Assembly (NCBI RefSeq): GCF_006345805.1
Contig: NC_042998.1
Span: 179,428,001-179,492,000 of the forward strand
DNA: 64,000 bases
Reading direction: 5' to 3'
Source of the DNA: Octopus sinensis
Taxonomy: Eukaryota
Part shown: positions 13,867-27,695 of the stretch, one piece after another
Numbering within the stretch: position 1 is the first letter of the stretch
Layout: each line of letters opens with the position of its first letter
Notes under the pieces: generated by a model
What the model was told of the DNA's origin: nothing
What the model saw: only the letters and a program-made list of their open reading frames with translations
Databases searched by the model: none
Position numbers and translations under genes: made by a program

Positions 13867-14100
13867 TATTTCTTTACTACCCACAAGGGGCTAAACACAG
13901 AGAGGACAAACAAGGACAGACAAAGGGATTAAGTCGATTATATCAACTCCAGTGCGTAACTGGTACTTAATTTATCGATCCCGAAAGATGAAAGGTGAAG
14001 TCGACCTCAGCAGAATTTGAACTCAGAATGTAACGGCAGATGAAATACGGCTACACATTTCACCCGGCATGCTAACGTTTCTGCCAGCTTGCTGCCATAC
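13867..14100 (-). mobile_element. Family B tRNA-derived SINE, young full-length copy with ~14 bp TSD
   Basis: Minus strand has head CTGGCAGAAACGTTAGCA...GAGTTCAAATTC, core GTCGAC.TTC.CC.TTCATC..TCGGGATCGATAAATTAAGTACCAG and tail GTGGGTAGTAAAGAAATAG. Flanks are ATTTTAACAATTCC (13853) and ATTTTAATAATTCC (14101). Confidence 0.93.
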
Positions 14101-14384
14101 ATTTTAATAATTCCATCAATGCATTGCTCTGGACTGGTACTTTATATATTGACCTCCAAAAGATGAAAACTGCATAGTTGATCTTGGCAAGAATTGAAAT
14201 CAAAGTGGAGAGGACCGAAACATAGGGCAAAACTTTCTATCTCATGTTGTAATAAAACTCTGCCAAATCGCAGTCAATAACAATGTGATTAACTGTTTAA
14301 TGACAGCCTATTCATATTCTACCATTAAACTTTATTATTATTGTTGTTGCTGTTGTTGTTGTTGTTGCTGTTGTTGTTGTTGTT

Positions 14385-14556
14385 GAGCTGGCAGGATCAG
14401 TAGAGTGTCACAAGAAATACTCTGTTGTATTTATTTTGGCTTTTTGCCTTCTGAGTTCAAATTCTGCTGAGATCAACTTTGCCTTCATCCCTCCAGAGAC
14501 AATGGTATCGACTAAATCTCTCTCCTCAAAATTGCTAGCCTTGTGCCACAATTAGG
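14385..14556 (+). mobile_element. Family B SINE, older copy
   Basis: GAGCTGGCAG...TTCTGAGTTCAAATTCTGCTGAGATCAACTTTGCCTT...GCCTTGTGCC. Confidence 0.75.
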
Positions 14557-14734
14557 AATTATTATTATTATTATTATTGTTATTGTTATTATTAATATTA
14601 TTATTATTATTATTATGGTGGATATGTAAGAAATACTTTAACAGCCAACATTTCTGCTTTTAAGACTCTTCTTCCTCTTCTCCTTCTTCACCTTCCATGT
14701 CTGTTATTATCATTATTATTATTACTATTGTTGC

Positions 14735-14768
<34 letters not shown>

Positions 14769-15119
14769 GCTGTTATTACTTCCCTTATCACTGTTGCTCT
14801 CAATGAATCCAGACCATAAAATGAGTTTGCATATTCTCATTGTGACAATTCCATGTTGAACCCACAGCAGTAAAAATGTCCAGCATCTTTGGGTTTCACA
14901 CCATTTCCATTTCTCAATTCAATCTAATAGAGATTACCATCTGTAAGGAGCTTTAGGGTGTAGAATGGGCTCTTTCTGCATGCTTTTTTCACCATTCTTT
15001 TGGGATAGCACCATGTCACCATTTTGTCTGCTGGGGTTACAAGATATTTGCATGCCTCACTGTAATTTATTTTCCAGTCACTGAATTTTGGCAATACTAG
15101 GCCAATGCCATTAAAGGTC

Positions 15120-15410
15120 TTAGTTGGTATTTACTCTATCAGTTTTTTTTTGCCAAATTGCTAAGGGGACATAAACAAACTAACACTAGTTGTCAAGTGG
15201 TGGAAAGACAGACACAAACACATAGACAAACAGACACACACACACATACACATGTGTGTGCATTTCTGTGTTCCATATTCACTCACAATGCTTAGGTAGG
15301 CCAAGTGTTATAGAAGAAGACACTTGCTTAAGATACCAAGCAATGGGGCTGAACCCAAAACCATGTGGTTGGGGAGCAAACCTCCTTTACCACACAGCCA
15401 TGCCTGCACC
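15120..15410 (-). mobile_element. Family A SINE, diverged
   Basis: GACACTTGCTTAAGATACC...GAACCCAAAACCATGTGGTTGGG...CCACACAGCCATGCCTGC. Confidence 0.8.
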
Positions 15411-15967
15411 AATATTTTCCTGAATAAATACTGATGTGTTATAATAAAGATTTTATAAATCGTTAATTCTTAGGTGATAACCATGAATATCATACAATTA
15501 TGTTTCCCCCCATCTTATAAATCTTATGCCATTGTATGAAATCATCATCATCATCATGATCACAATCATCATCATTACCACAACCGCCGTCACTGCCACC
15601 ACCATCATCATCATTATCATCATCATCTCCTCCATCTTTATGTTTTTGATATTGTTTTTAGATGTTTTTTTTTTTTTTCTTGTGGTGGCTGACTTTATAC
15701 TTCACCTTTTTTCAAATTGCTATCAGAAATATTCAATTAACCATATTCTTTACTTCTTGCAGCAAAAAATTTAAAAAAACACCTTCGCCCCCCCCCCCAA
15801 AAAAAACAGAAAAAAATCATAGAAATTACTCTTCATTACCTTCATTACATTTGCTGTAGTTATAACAACACACCACCTTCCCAATCACTGTCATTACCAC
15901 CACCACCATCATCGTTATCATTACCAATACCTCCACCATCGTCACCACAACCACTATCCACCATCAC

Positions 15968-15998
<31 letters not shown>

Positions 15999-18900
15999 GT
16001 TATTATTATTATTATCATTATTATTATTATTATTATCATTATTAGGCGACTAATTTCGGCTAGTCTGAAAATTCTAAAATTACTTCAATTTAACTAAAAT
16101 AAACAGCAAAGACCAAAAGAAGTCTACTTAGCTTATCAAAACAACAGGATTCTTTCATGCAACCCAATATATATATATATATGTATATATATATACATAT
16201 ATGTGTGTGTATTTGTACATATATATGTGAGTGTATGTATGTATATATGTGTGTGTGTGTGTTTATATATAAGTGTGTCAAGGGGAGAGAGAGAGAAAAA
16301 GAGAGTCTAATGATGATATCAAGAGAGAGGAGGAAGAAGAGGTGGAGGTGGTGATAAGGAATGTTTGTAAGGTTGCCAAATATTTGTTTTACGGAATGAA
16401 TCTACATGGCAATAAACAGCACTTATTTTGTTTAAAAAAAAAAAAACGAAACAAAACACAATTACAAAATAAAAAGAAAATAAACAAAACAGAAAAGAAA
16501 ATGATGAAAATAATAAATAAATGAAATAAAATGAAAGTTAGTGATGTTTTGTAATTCTCTACCTTTCCTCAACACTTTCTACATCTGTGTCTTTGTCAAG
16601 GAAGAAAAAAAATGAAAATTCATTGAACAGAGAATGTTTGTATTATGGGGACTATCAGACCATAAGCTGTTGTCTGACCCCAGGTTTGTCTTGATCAGGC
16701 CAATGATCAAAGATAATCTAATTTTGACCATCTTATCTTTTTATACAATCAATAATTTTATTGTTAAATATGAATGTGAAATGATAAGGATGATGATGAT
16801 AATGATGGTGAAATATAGTGTTAAGTGTATGTTCACTGGGCTTGTTGGAACTTTCTTTATTCTTTCTTTGTATCATCTCTCTCTACTGTTCTTAACCTGG
16901 TTTTCAAATAAATGTATATATTCCATGAGTTGTAAGAGGTGACTAGAAGGGTTTGAATCAGAAAGGACATCCAACCATAAAACTACCACAGAAAGCCTGT
17001 CTAACTCATGACAGCATAGAAAAACAGACATAAATGTAACGAAGAAATATAGCAAACAGCTTGTAGCAATTTCTTGTTAAATTTCTTAGTGAATGTTAGT
17101 ATTTTCTATCATTCGAATTCCTATCTGCCTTAGCATTTTAAAGATTAATTACTATTATAATCAATAATATAAAAAAAACCCCCAAAAAAACCAACACTAA
17201 AATCTGCAGCTGAAGACTTATTTTTTATTGAGATAAGAGGAAAAAAACCTATTCATGAACAACATATAACACAGATGAACATAATTTGGTTTTGTAACTA
17301 CATCTATTAAGTTTTAAAGCAAAGAACAAATTTTTATCTGTTTAAGATGTCTGTATAAGGTTTTGAAGTCAAAAAGATATGAATATGCTTCCAGTAAGAG
17401 CAATGGAATATTCTAGACAATTTTTTATGGTGCTGTCATAAATGACAAGACTGTCAAATGAAAGTTGCTTCAGCATTAACTTGTCAAAAGACCAGGCCAG
17501 TTAAACATGCTAATCTGCAGCATTCCTGTCAATTGCAAATACTATATGCTGTAAAAAGACTGTTGTCGAAGATGTTTGAACTAAGACATAGAATAACCAC
17601 GATCTTTAATGACTTGTGAAATCAGGGATTTGTTTATCATCGGATGAATATTTTAACCAGATATTTTACACATGTGATCATGAATTTGAACAAATTGCAA
17701 TATTTGAATAATAAACTAAATAAATGTTAAAAAAAAATATAATGAAAAAAAAAAACCTTGCTGCAAAAAAAATAAAGTAATTCATAATTCCCTAACAGTA
17801 TGAAGACGAAAGAAATAGAAGAAATGTGATTTTTGATAGTTTTTCTGATGCTTGAAAATGCTAAGCCAATTTTTTTTTTTCTTAGCACATCCTATTTTAT
17901 TATTAGTAATTTTATTATCTCTAACTTTATGTATTTGTTGGTGAATTCATAAAAACAACAAAAAGAGCAACAACAACAACAAAAAAGAAAGAGAAGCAAA
18001 ATCAATTTGCTGGAAATTTCTTATGCTTAGCAATCTTTCTAAGCTGACAGTTTTCTGAACAAAACTAAACTTTAAGAGTTGATAATTCTGACAACGGTAA
18101 AATGAAGGGTCAGTAACAAGGACTACCTAATAATATAGTCCCACAGAGATGGCTAATGAAGGTTAAAGGTCATCAATGACCAGTTCCAGGAGCTGCAGAG
18201 CTGTCAAAAGCAGGTTATAGGTAACAATAACTAATATGTGATACATCTTGATGGAGAAAGGCTGAACTCCACAACCAATGGAAGTAATTAAATTGGATGA
18301 TGCCATTTAGTACAGTTTTAGAAATTGATACTTAATTTATTTTCAGGAACCGTTAAGGAATAAATTCTTACAACTGAATTAACTGCATTACAGTAGGTAT
18401 TCATACACTAATTTTTTAATCTGATATCTATTGTCTGACTGTCAGTGATTCCAGATTAAATGTGAATGTCAAAATACTTCATAAAGTACTTCAACATAAA
18501 AAAATACGGCTGCCCAGTCTGTAACTAGATAGCTGGATAGATTTCTTGATGATTCTAAGCTGGTACTTAACAAGATTAGATTCAGCTTTAATGTCATTAT
18601 TATATGACTTTCGAAGATATTCTTTTGTTATAGCTTAGCAGACCTTTTCATTTTTACAACTGAGTTTCCTCTTCAAGACTAGAAAATATTCCCACTTTCA
18701 ATAGCATTTCCTCTTTTACGAAGTCAAAGTAACAAGTTCACAAGGTCATCAGGTCTACATGTGCTTCCTCTTCATATATATATATATATGTATGTATGTA
18801 TATATATATTTGATCTGGAACGTATATATATGTATAAATGTTCCAGATCAAATCAACAAAGAAATCTTTCGATGGTTACTCACCTTGCTAGAAATAGTAG

Positions 18901-19600
18901 GAAACTTACCTTCAACCTACTCTGTAGCATCTTCAAAAAAGAAAGACACATTGGATAATGTATTCCTGGATACATTGTCTAAAAATCTGACATGGCTGGA
19001 ACACTTTTGTTAATAGGTCTGCCTTATGTTGACTGATCAGCAGTTAACCATCAACTTATTTCAGACTGTATGTGAAAATAGAACCATCCATTTGATAGGA
19101 AACCTTCACTCACCAACTGTCTTACACCCAGGTTTTCTCTCCATTTATATGTATTCGCTTTCTGTTTCTCATATAGATACTATACAACTGTTTCTATCTT
19201 TCTAAATAAACTTGGTGACTATACCAGCCCCAATTAAACTAAACCCACATGGATCTTTTTTTTTTTACTGTTTACATGATTAAGTCAGAGGAGAAAGGGC
19301 AGTTTGAGTGCAGCAGAGCGGATTCTTCCAAAGTCACTCATGGGCCAGGTGGTTGTGTTAAACTGAGCCACAGATTATATCTACTGCTCAAAGAACAGGG
19401 ATAGTCCCTCTAATATCACTCAATACAGTTTCCATCAGCCGATTTTACAAGGCTTTGGTCAATCCAAAAATACAATAGAGAAACTTGCCTAAGGTAATAT
19501 GCTATGGAGGTGGCAAGCAGACATTATCATATCAAACTAAATGCATAGCAGCATTTCTTTAAGTTCTTTATGTCCTGAGTGCAGATCCTGCCAAGGTCAA

Positions 19601-20080
19601 TTTTATCAGAGTCAATGACTGTGGCCACACTGGAGCACCGCCATAGTAATCCTCTTTCCACTTTCCACCTTTGTTGGAGCGGCTTTTGGTGAAGTATGGA
19701 GTTCAATGCTACCGCCTTCTTTTAAGTTTCGTGCTTAGATATTGGCTCATCTGGGATCTCAGAGAGCCAGAGGTCAAATTAATGTTTGAAAACGTCTACA
19801 TCCATTCCATGGAGGCTCCTCAGATGCTTTGGCAGACAGTTAAACAGGTGTGGGTCCTTGAAACCCAAGCTATTGCAGTACATCGTCCTTGTCTGAGATG
19901 AAGTAGCTGGCACAGTGACGTCCTGTTCGTGGTCTGGTATAGCTCTTTATTCGAAAGTTTGGTACCAGTCCTTCCAGTATCTTCCATACATATATCACTG
20001 CATACCACTCCCACCTTCGTTCCAGGGAATAGAGTCGCAGCTCTTTCAACCTATCCCAGTAGCTCAATCATTCCATTGAT
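19601..20080 (-). mobile_element. 3' fragment of a CR1/L2-group LINE (post-RT C-terminus + 3'UTR), decayed
   Basis: Minus translation SYWDRLKELRLYSLERRWEWYAVIYVWKILEGLVPNF...(frameshift)RTMYCNSLGFKGPHLFNCLPKHLRSLHGMDVDVFKH*FDLWLSEIPDEP. This matches the Y..RL..L.LYSLERRR and LFN.LP motifs typical of CR1/L2-group ORF2 ends. Confidence 0.88.
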
Positions 20081-20179
20081 GTATATACACATATATACAT
20101 ATGTTAGTTAGTTAGTTAATTTTTTGGCTCAAAAAGCAAAAAGCAAGGCCATGTAGGGGGAGCAAGGCCATGTATACAG

Positions 20180-20325
20180 TTTCCATCTAACAAATCTACT
20201 CACAAGGCCTTAGTCAGCCCAAGGTTGTAGTAGAAGACACTTGCCCAAGGTGCAATGCAGTGGGACTGAACCTAGAACCATGTGGTTGATAAGCAAGCTA
20301 CTTACCACACAGCCACTCCTGCACC
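20180..20325 (-). mobile_element. Family A SINE, 5' half
   Basis: GACACTTGCCCAAGGTGC...GGGACTGAACC...CCACACAGCCACTCCTGC. Confidence 0.85.
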
Positions 20326-20722
20326 AATAAAAAGGAAAAAGAAACATACACTGATAATCATGTGGTTGAGAAGATATTCTCTTTGTGGTCATCTCAATCA
20401 GCAAAGAAGTAACAAACTAACATTCTACTGGTTTAAAACCTGTTGCTTTACCCATGTAGCAACTACTAATGTTTGCCAATGTTTCTTAATACGACTCACA
20501 ATCTATTTTCTGTTTACAAACATTAGGAAGCAGGTCTCAAGGGTTTTATACAATTTGCTTCCAGGAAATACAGTCTACTTCTACAAGTTGATTTCTTACG
20601 ATTAATTTTCACTATTAGAATAAATCAAAAATACCTAAATTGATTTTTCATTTATTTCATCCTTAAGTATGCTGAATTGTTAAAACACTCTCACACATGA
20701 TACACACGTACACACACGCATG

Positions 20723-20753
<31 letters not shown>

Positions 20754-21609
20754 AGACAGAGGGAGAAAGAAACAGAGAGAAAGACAGAAATACATACATG
20801 CACATACGCGTGTATATATTTAATAAATATTTCTTAATACATTAAAACAATAAGATATCCATTTATCTACGTATATTATTAATATTTCAGAGTATACATG
20901 TCTGTGAGTATGTATGTGTATCTGTGTATATGTGTGTGTGTGTATGATGATGATGATAATGTATATGTTTTGTGTGTGTGTGTGTGTGTGTGTGCAAGTG
21001 TGTGTAATAGTGAAAGCTCTTCAGAAAATAGCTGCTTTAGAATCAATTACTGAAGCCATTGAGTAGCATTTAAAATCAATACAAAATTTTTAAAGTCAAG
21101 AGCCTACTTGATACTGACATGAAGAATTATTTAAGATTTTCTAAGCAGATAATCATCAATTGCTTATTAAATGAGTTTATTTTGCTTGGAAAATCACTAA
21201 TGGCCTTCTTAACAAACCAGCTTGAATAAAGTGCGGTACATTGCAGTACAGGTTTGTACAGAGTTGTGTAGGGCTGTACGGAGTAGTACATCAACTTGAT
21301 ATTCAACTAATTCTAGATTTTACCTCACAGTTTCCTTGGCAATGAAGATGAAGTAGTAACATTATAAACTATGAGAGGATTATGAAAATCTATATTTTGT
21401 TATTTTGTAATTGACTGCTTTCCCTTACCATATCTAAAATCTATCATTGCTTCAAAGAAATGCAGTGGGTGTCACTTTGAATAACACCAATTACGAAATG
21501 GTGCCAGAGGTGGTGAACATGATATGGGACTGGACTACCATGTGTTGAAGAGAAATTGGTTTATGACTTGTTACCAACTGCTATACAGAGTGTATCCATC
21601 ATCAGGCAA

Positions 21610-21831
21610 CCCTTTGGCACTCAGATTATTCTATCGCAAATGTAATGCTTATTTATTTACTTTGTTCTGAATTAGTCATGAATCATCTTGCAGCTTTGAG
21701 ATTCTCAATGTGTTATTGCTTATTTTTAGAATGCCATTGTAGGACAGGTGTGAGAGTTTGTATCAGGCTGGTTTGAATATAAAACAGGTAGAATATATGG
21801 GCTGGATGTGACCAGTTTGGATGCTAAAGGG
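21610..21831. mobile_element. piggyBac-type MITE (~222 bp)
   Basis: Termini CCCTTTGGCA ... TGCTAAAGGG followed by TTAA (21832-21835). The left TTAA is degraded. Confidence 0.7.
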
Positions 21832-22061
21832 TTAATGTTTGCTCTCCATGCTGGCATGACAACCCCTTTAGTACTGGTGCTATGAGAAAATAGAAGGCAG
21901 GTGTGAGAGGTTGTATCAAGCTGGTTTGAATATAAAACAGGTAGAATATATGGGCTGGATGTGGACGGTTTGGATGCTAAAGGGTTAATGTTTGCTCTCC
22001 ATGCTGGCATTGGTTCAACAGCTGGCATGATAACCCCTTTAGTGCTGGTGCTATGAGAAAA
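21747..22061. repeat. Local tandem duplication (~153 bp period) spanning the MITE right end and flank
   Basis: GGTGTGAGAG...AAAGGGTTAATGTTTGCTCTCCATGCTGGCA...GGTGCTATGAGAAAA occurs twice. Confidence 0.9.
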
Positions 22062-22584
22062 AGTGTTCATCACAATCAGCAAGGCAGTTAGTATTAGGAA
22101 AGGCATCCAGCTGCAGCAACCGAGCCAATGGTGAAATGGATGAGAGAGATGCAGTTCACTGACCCATCAAGAAATGACAGCTGAAGTGACCCACAATATA
22201 GCTTGGAACAATTGTCATCACAGGTATTACAGTTAGGATGCAAAGGTCAAGGACATATAGCACAAAGCATTTTGTTCCCAGCTTCTAACAGTTCAGTCAA
22301 TACAACAGGGTGGTTCGATAATTTATCATTGACTTTGGAAGGAATAAAAGAGCAAAGACGGCCTAAGTGGGACTTGAACTCAGAGCACTCTGAACTGGAA
22401 GAAATAACATTAGGCAATGTGTTCAATGCTCCAAGAGCTCTGCCAGTTCCCTGCCATCTACTGATTTATACCAAACCCATCACTCCAGTTCCTTTCATAT
22501 TGCAGCTAGCAAGCAGTACATCTTTGTTGTAGAATTCAACCACATCACAATACGTGATTATAGGAAAGAAGGTAATAACATATG

Positions 22585-22712
22585 TATCATCATCATCACC
22601 ACCACCACCACCACCATCATGATCACCACCACCTCTACTACCACCACCACCACCACCACCACCACCACTACTACCACTATCATAACTATCATCTCTCTCT
22701 ATATATACAAAT

Positions 22713-22795
<83 letters not shown>

Positions 22796-22930
22796 TATAT
22801 GTGTATAAATGTATATATGACCGTGCACATATTTCACTCATACACACATAATCATACACAATTCATACACAAACATATATATATATATATGTGTGTGTGT
22901 GTATGTATATATATATATATATATATAATA
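22585..22930. repeat. (CAT/CAC/TAC)n followed by long (TA)n
   Basis: Direct inspection. Source of the poly-His and poly-Gly ORFs. Confidence 0.95.
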
Positions 22931-23161
22931 TATATATCATATGGACACACGTATTTCTCACATACAAACATACATACACAAACTTCAAAACACACACAAA
23001 CACATTAGACTTCATTAAAATATATAGGAAGAAAGAAATTTTTTTTTGTTCCAAGAAATTTTGATTTCTCAAGATTTTCTTTCTGAATTCTTTAAGTCCA
23101 TTTTTACACATTTTCTTCAGATAAATCAACATTTTAAAATGTTCAGTGAGTGTGTCACATA

Positions 23162-23200
<39 letters not shown>

Positions 23201-24149
23201 TATATATAATATACAGTTACTTAATAGAGGATGAAATATATGGAAACAAATAGATAACACACACACACACACGCACTCACATAACACACACACAGATAAA
23301 GGAGATATAAGCAGATAGACTGGTAGATACATATGTACATACATACAAAATACATACCAACGTGTTGTGCTCAGATATATGTATATATATAATATATATA
23401 TGGATAAATTGAGAGAGAGAGAGAGGCAGAAAGACAAGACAGACAGACAGACAGATAGATGGATAGATAAACAGATAGATGAGTAAGGAAACTGAGCTCC
23501 TTCCACCTGGCCAATCTTAATTTAAAAGGTGAGGGAGAGATGGTGGGGGTTGGGGGATCTAAGGTAGTTTGTTTATTTTCATTTGTCTCTGTTTCTCTCC
23601 CTGAAAATTGCAAAGACTACAGAGAGGGAGCTGAAAGTAGGAGCTGTAACAGGGAGAGCGAAATGAGAAAAGGGTGATGTCGGGGAGAGCAAGAGGGACC
23701 TGATGGAAAGTGAAAGTCTGTTTTCAAAATATATATACATAAACAAATAACTAAATATTCAAGTAAATAAATAAATAAATAAATAAATTAATTAAAATGA
23801 ATACTTTAATAAAAAAAATTCAAAAATTACATCTAAAAAAATAGGAAGAACGAACACAAGAATGGCAGGTAATGTAGGGTGATGTATGAGTGGGTGGGTT
23901 CCCGAAATGCTGAAAGTAAAAAGGAATATAAGGGAATTTAAAGAAGGTGGCATTGATCGTCTTGAAAAAGCAAATGTAATAATGGCAATAACATCTTTAG
24001 TTTTCCACACTACCCCTTGTCATCCTCCGAGTCCCTTTATCTAATTATAAGGTTTATAAATAGACAAATTTCACTATGGTAATTTCTCATCTATTTAGTT
24101 GCAAAAATGCGTTTGTGTATATTGCGTGGGAACATGTTTGGGTAACTGT

Positions 24150-24277
24150 GCTTATGTGTATGTGCATATGTGTGTGTGTTTGTGTAAATATATATATGTA
24201 TATATATGTATATATATACACACACATATACACATATATATATACACACATATATATACATATATATACACACATAT

Positions 24278-24309
<32 letters not shown>

Positions 24310-25400
24310 ATATGTGTGTATATATATGTGTGTGTATATATATATAATATATGTGTGTATATATGTATATATATGTGTGTATATATATATGTGTGTATAT
24401 ATATATATGTGTATATATATATGTATGTATATATATATATATATGTGTATGTATGTATATATATGTGTGTGTGTATATACATATATATGTGTGTATATGT
24501 GTGTGTGTATATATATATATGTGTGTTTGTGTGTGTGTGGTGTGTGTTGTATGCGTGCGTGCGTAGGTAAGTTTGGAGCATAAATATATATTAGATGTTT
24601 ATTGTGTATTTTGTGTATGTATATGTGCATGTGTTGGCATGCATTAGAATGTATGTATTTCTGATGTCGAGTGCATGTGTGTCTATGTGTTGTGCCTCCA
24701 TGTGTGTGTTTTTATATGTAGTGAGAGAGGGGGGAAACATACATACATTTTGAAATGGTCTTACTTATGATGGCTAAAACAAACTAAAGACTTAAATAAT
24801 AACAAAAAAAAACATGCTTTTGTGTGTGTGTGTGTTTGTGTGCGTGCATGTGTGTGTATGTATTTATGTACACATACACACAGACACACACACATATATA
24901 TGTATATATCTATATACATATATATACATACAAATACTTACATACATATACACTAATATATCTGCATGTACATAGATATGTGTTTATATACATATATGTA
25001 AACATACATGCCTATACACACATACGCATATATATATATTTATATACACATACACACACAAAAAAATAGATAGATAGATAGATAGAAAGAAACATAGGTA
25101 GATACATTAACATATATTCATACATATTTGTGTCCAAAAATATATACAAATACATTCAGACAAACACACATACATACAGTATATATACATGTGTATGTTT
25201 GTGTATATTTATCATATATATATATATATATATGTGTGTATGTATATATGTATATTATATATATGTGTGTATATATGTGTATGTATATATAGATACCTAT
25301 ATCTATATGTATGTATACCTATATCTGTATGTATATATACAGACACAAATGTAAGCATGTATTTTATATATGTGTATATATGCGTGTATAGTATACATAT
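24150..25400. repeat. Cluster of compound TA/GT/GAT microsatellites
   Basis: Direct inspection. Confidence 0.9.
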
Positions 25401-25730
25401 GGGGAGTGTGTGCTTGCAAGCTAGGTGGCATAGGGCATGGATGTGTGTTTGTACGGAGGTGTTGGCCAAACAGCAGTGTTTTCTTAAGTGAAACAAAATA
25501 TTGAAGAATAACATTCAGTACAAATAAAAACTGTTGACTTGGCTTACAGATTCTTCTTTTTGAATTATTTGTCCTTCATCTATATATCTGTCTTTCTTTC
25601 TCTCTCTCTTTCTCCCCCCTCTCTCTCTATGCCTGTATCTGTCTTTATATCTGTGTGTATTTGTGTATATGTATGTGTGCTTGCCTGTATGTATGTTTGA
25701 GTATACACCTGTCAGTTCTCACATACAGAT

Positions 25731-25767
<37 letters not shown>

Positions 25768-25994
25768 TCACACGTGTATATCAAATTAAAAAAAAGTGTA
25801 GACAAGAATATAGTCCTTTAGTTCTGGTGAATGACTCATACTTTATTTCCAAATTCTTTAAATTAAGTATTCAGGTTTTGGTCCCTATTGCCTGTTTCAA
25901 TTTACGTTTTCCATTTGTTTCTATGGTTTCACAGAAAGATTGCATACTCCCTTAAATACACATACACTCACATGACATCTATATACATACATCT

Positions 25995-26760
25995 CTCTTT
26001 TACTGATTTCAGTCATTAAACTGCGGTCATACTGGGCACTACTTTGAAAAATTTTTGTAGAATGAATCAAACACAGAACTTACAATTATTATTATTATTT
26101 CTTTTTTTGAGCCTGGTATTTATTCTATCATTCATTTTGCCAAACCATTAAGTTTCAGGGATATAAACACACCAACACCAGTTCTCAAGTGGTGGTGGGG
26201 AATAGACAAAGACACAAAAATACACACACATATAGATGTTTATATATATATATATATATAAAGTATGGGGGTTTAGTTCACAGGTGATCTAAATGGTTAG
26301 GTACGCTAGGTAAGTGGTGTAACGGGTTACTAGGACTCCAAGGTTATAACTGAGACAGTGGTTATGGAGCCATTGCAGATTTTCAATGCAATAAATACAT
26401 AATTGTTAAACAGGACTGAAACCTATCATGTATGTATGTATATATATATATATAATTTAAAGCAGATGTTAAACAATATATATATAGCATAGGCTCGAAA
26501 CATTAAAGGCTTTTTCACTTCCCAAGTGTTATACTAATACATCTGTTTGTTGTCTACACCACCTGTCTTTGTCTTTTGTTTTTTTGTGAATCTCCCTATA
26601 TAGGTTTCTTTCAGTTTTTGGTCTACCAAATCCTTTCACAAAGTTTTGATCAGCCTGAGGCTATAGTAGAAGACATGTGCCCAAGGTTCACATAGTGAGA
26701 CTGGATCCAGAACCATGTGGTTGGGAAGCAAACTTCTTTGCTGCATAGCCATGCCAGTAC
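25995..26760 (-). mobile_element. Family A SINE split at its central microsatellite by ~370 bp of inserted sequence
   Basis: 3' half at 25995-26230 and 5' half at 26605-26760, both minus, separated by foreign sequence bounded by (TA)n. Confidence 0.75.
26485..26605 (+). mobile_element. Penelope-like terminal fragment with a 5'-truncated hammerhead (…GGCTCGAAACATTAAAG)
   Basis: Stem II 3' half + GAAAC, then a pyrimidine/GT-rich tail similar in layout to the 28927-29124 element (TTCC.AAGTGT…TAATAC). The CUGANGA part is absent. Confidence 0.5.
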
Positions 26761-26770
26761 CTAGCCATGT

Positions 26771-26806
<36 letters not shown>

Positions 26807-26999
26807 ACATGCCTATATACATACATTTATTATAATTTAATGTCTGTGTTCTAGGCTGGCATAGATTGCATTATGTAAGTATACAAATATCCGCATAAAC
26901 ACACGCTCGCATATGTACACATAGATGTTATTAATTTCTGTTATCTGAGCTGTGCTTCCATGCTAGCTTGGATTAAGTGAATATATCATTAGTTTCAGA

Positions 27000-27200
27000 C
27001 TTGGGCAGAAGGCCAGCAAGTGTTGGGGTGGGGCCAAGTTGATTACATTGACACCAGTGTTCAGCTGGTACTTATTTTATTGACCCTAAGAAGATGAAGG
27101 GCAAAGCCAACCTTGGCGGAATTTGAACTCAGAGTGTAAAGACAGACAAAATGCCACTAAACATTTTGCCTGCATGTTAAAGATTCTGCTAGCTTGCCAA
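27000..27200 (-). mobile_element. Family B SINE
   Basis: CTGGTACTTATTTTATTGACCC...GGCGGAATTTGAACTCAGAG. Confidence 0.85.
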
Positions 27201-27559
27201 CTTGAGTGAATATATATATTATTGAAGCATTGCTTTGCAGCTGGATGCCCTTCCTGTTGCTAACCTTTACATATTCATTTCAAGTAAGAGATTTCTTATT
27301 GCACAGGATCTTGAAGGTGGTAAGCCAATGGAAGATTTGTCAGCAGGTGAATTAACAACAATGTCACCACTTGTAAACCAATGACTTTCAGGGAAAGCAA
27401 GCAAAGAGACATGACATGTGCATGCACGCACATGCAGACACACACACATGCACATATATAATATGTAAATAGTGTATATATATATTCAGTATGTAGACAG
27501 GGTTATAATATCAAATTTTCCAGTTTTCTATATAGATATGTGTATGTATACTTCTGTAC

Positions 27560-27695
27560 AATGTCCATCAACCATTTCCATTCGGAAAGCATTGGTTGGC
27601 CCAGGGTGACAGTTCTCCAAGGTGCCATGCAGCGGAACTGAACCCAAACCAAGTGGTTGCAAAGTAGAATTCTTAGTCACACAACCATGCCAGTA
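27560..27695 (-). mobile_element. Family A SINE, 5' part
   Basis: CCAAGGTGCCATGCAGCGGAACTGAACCC...CACACAACCATGCC. Confidence 0.75.

Noticed and set aside
18880-18935. Two strong minus-strand donor motifs and a 21 nt candidate exon
   Set aside because: The implied 22 nt intron is too short and there is no coherent reading frame with neighbours.
23886-24045. + strand ~52 aa frame MSGWVPEMLKVKRNIREFKEGGIDRLEK…
   Set aside because: Protein-like, but with no polypyrimidine acceptor, no recognisable domain and no partner exon.
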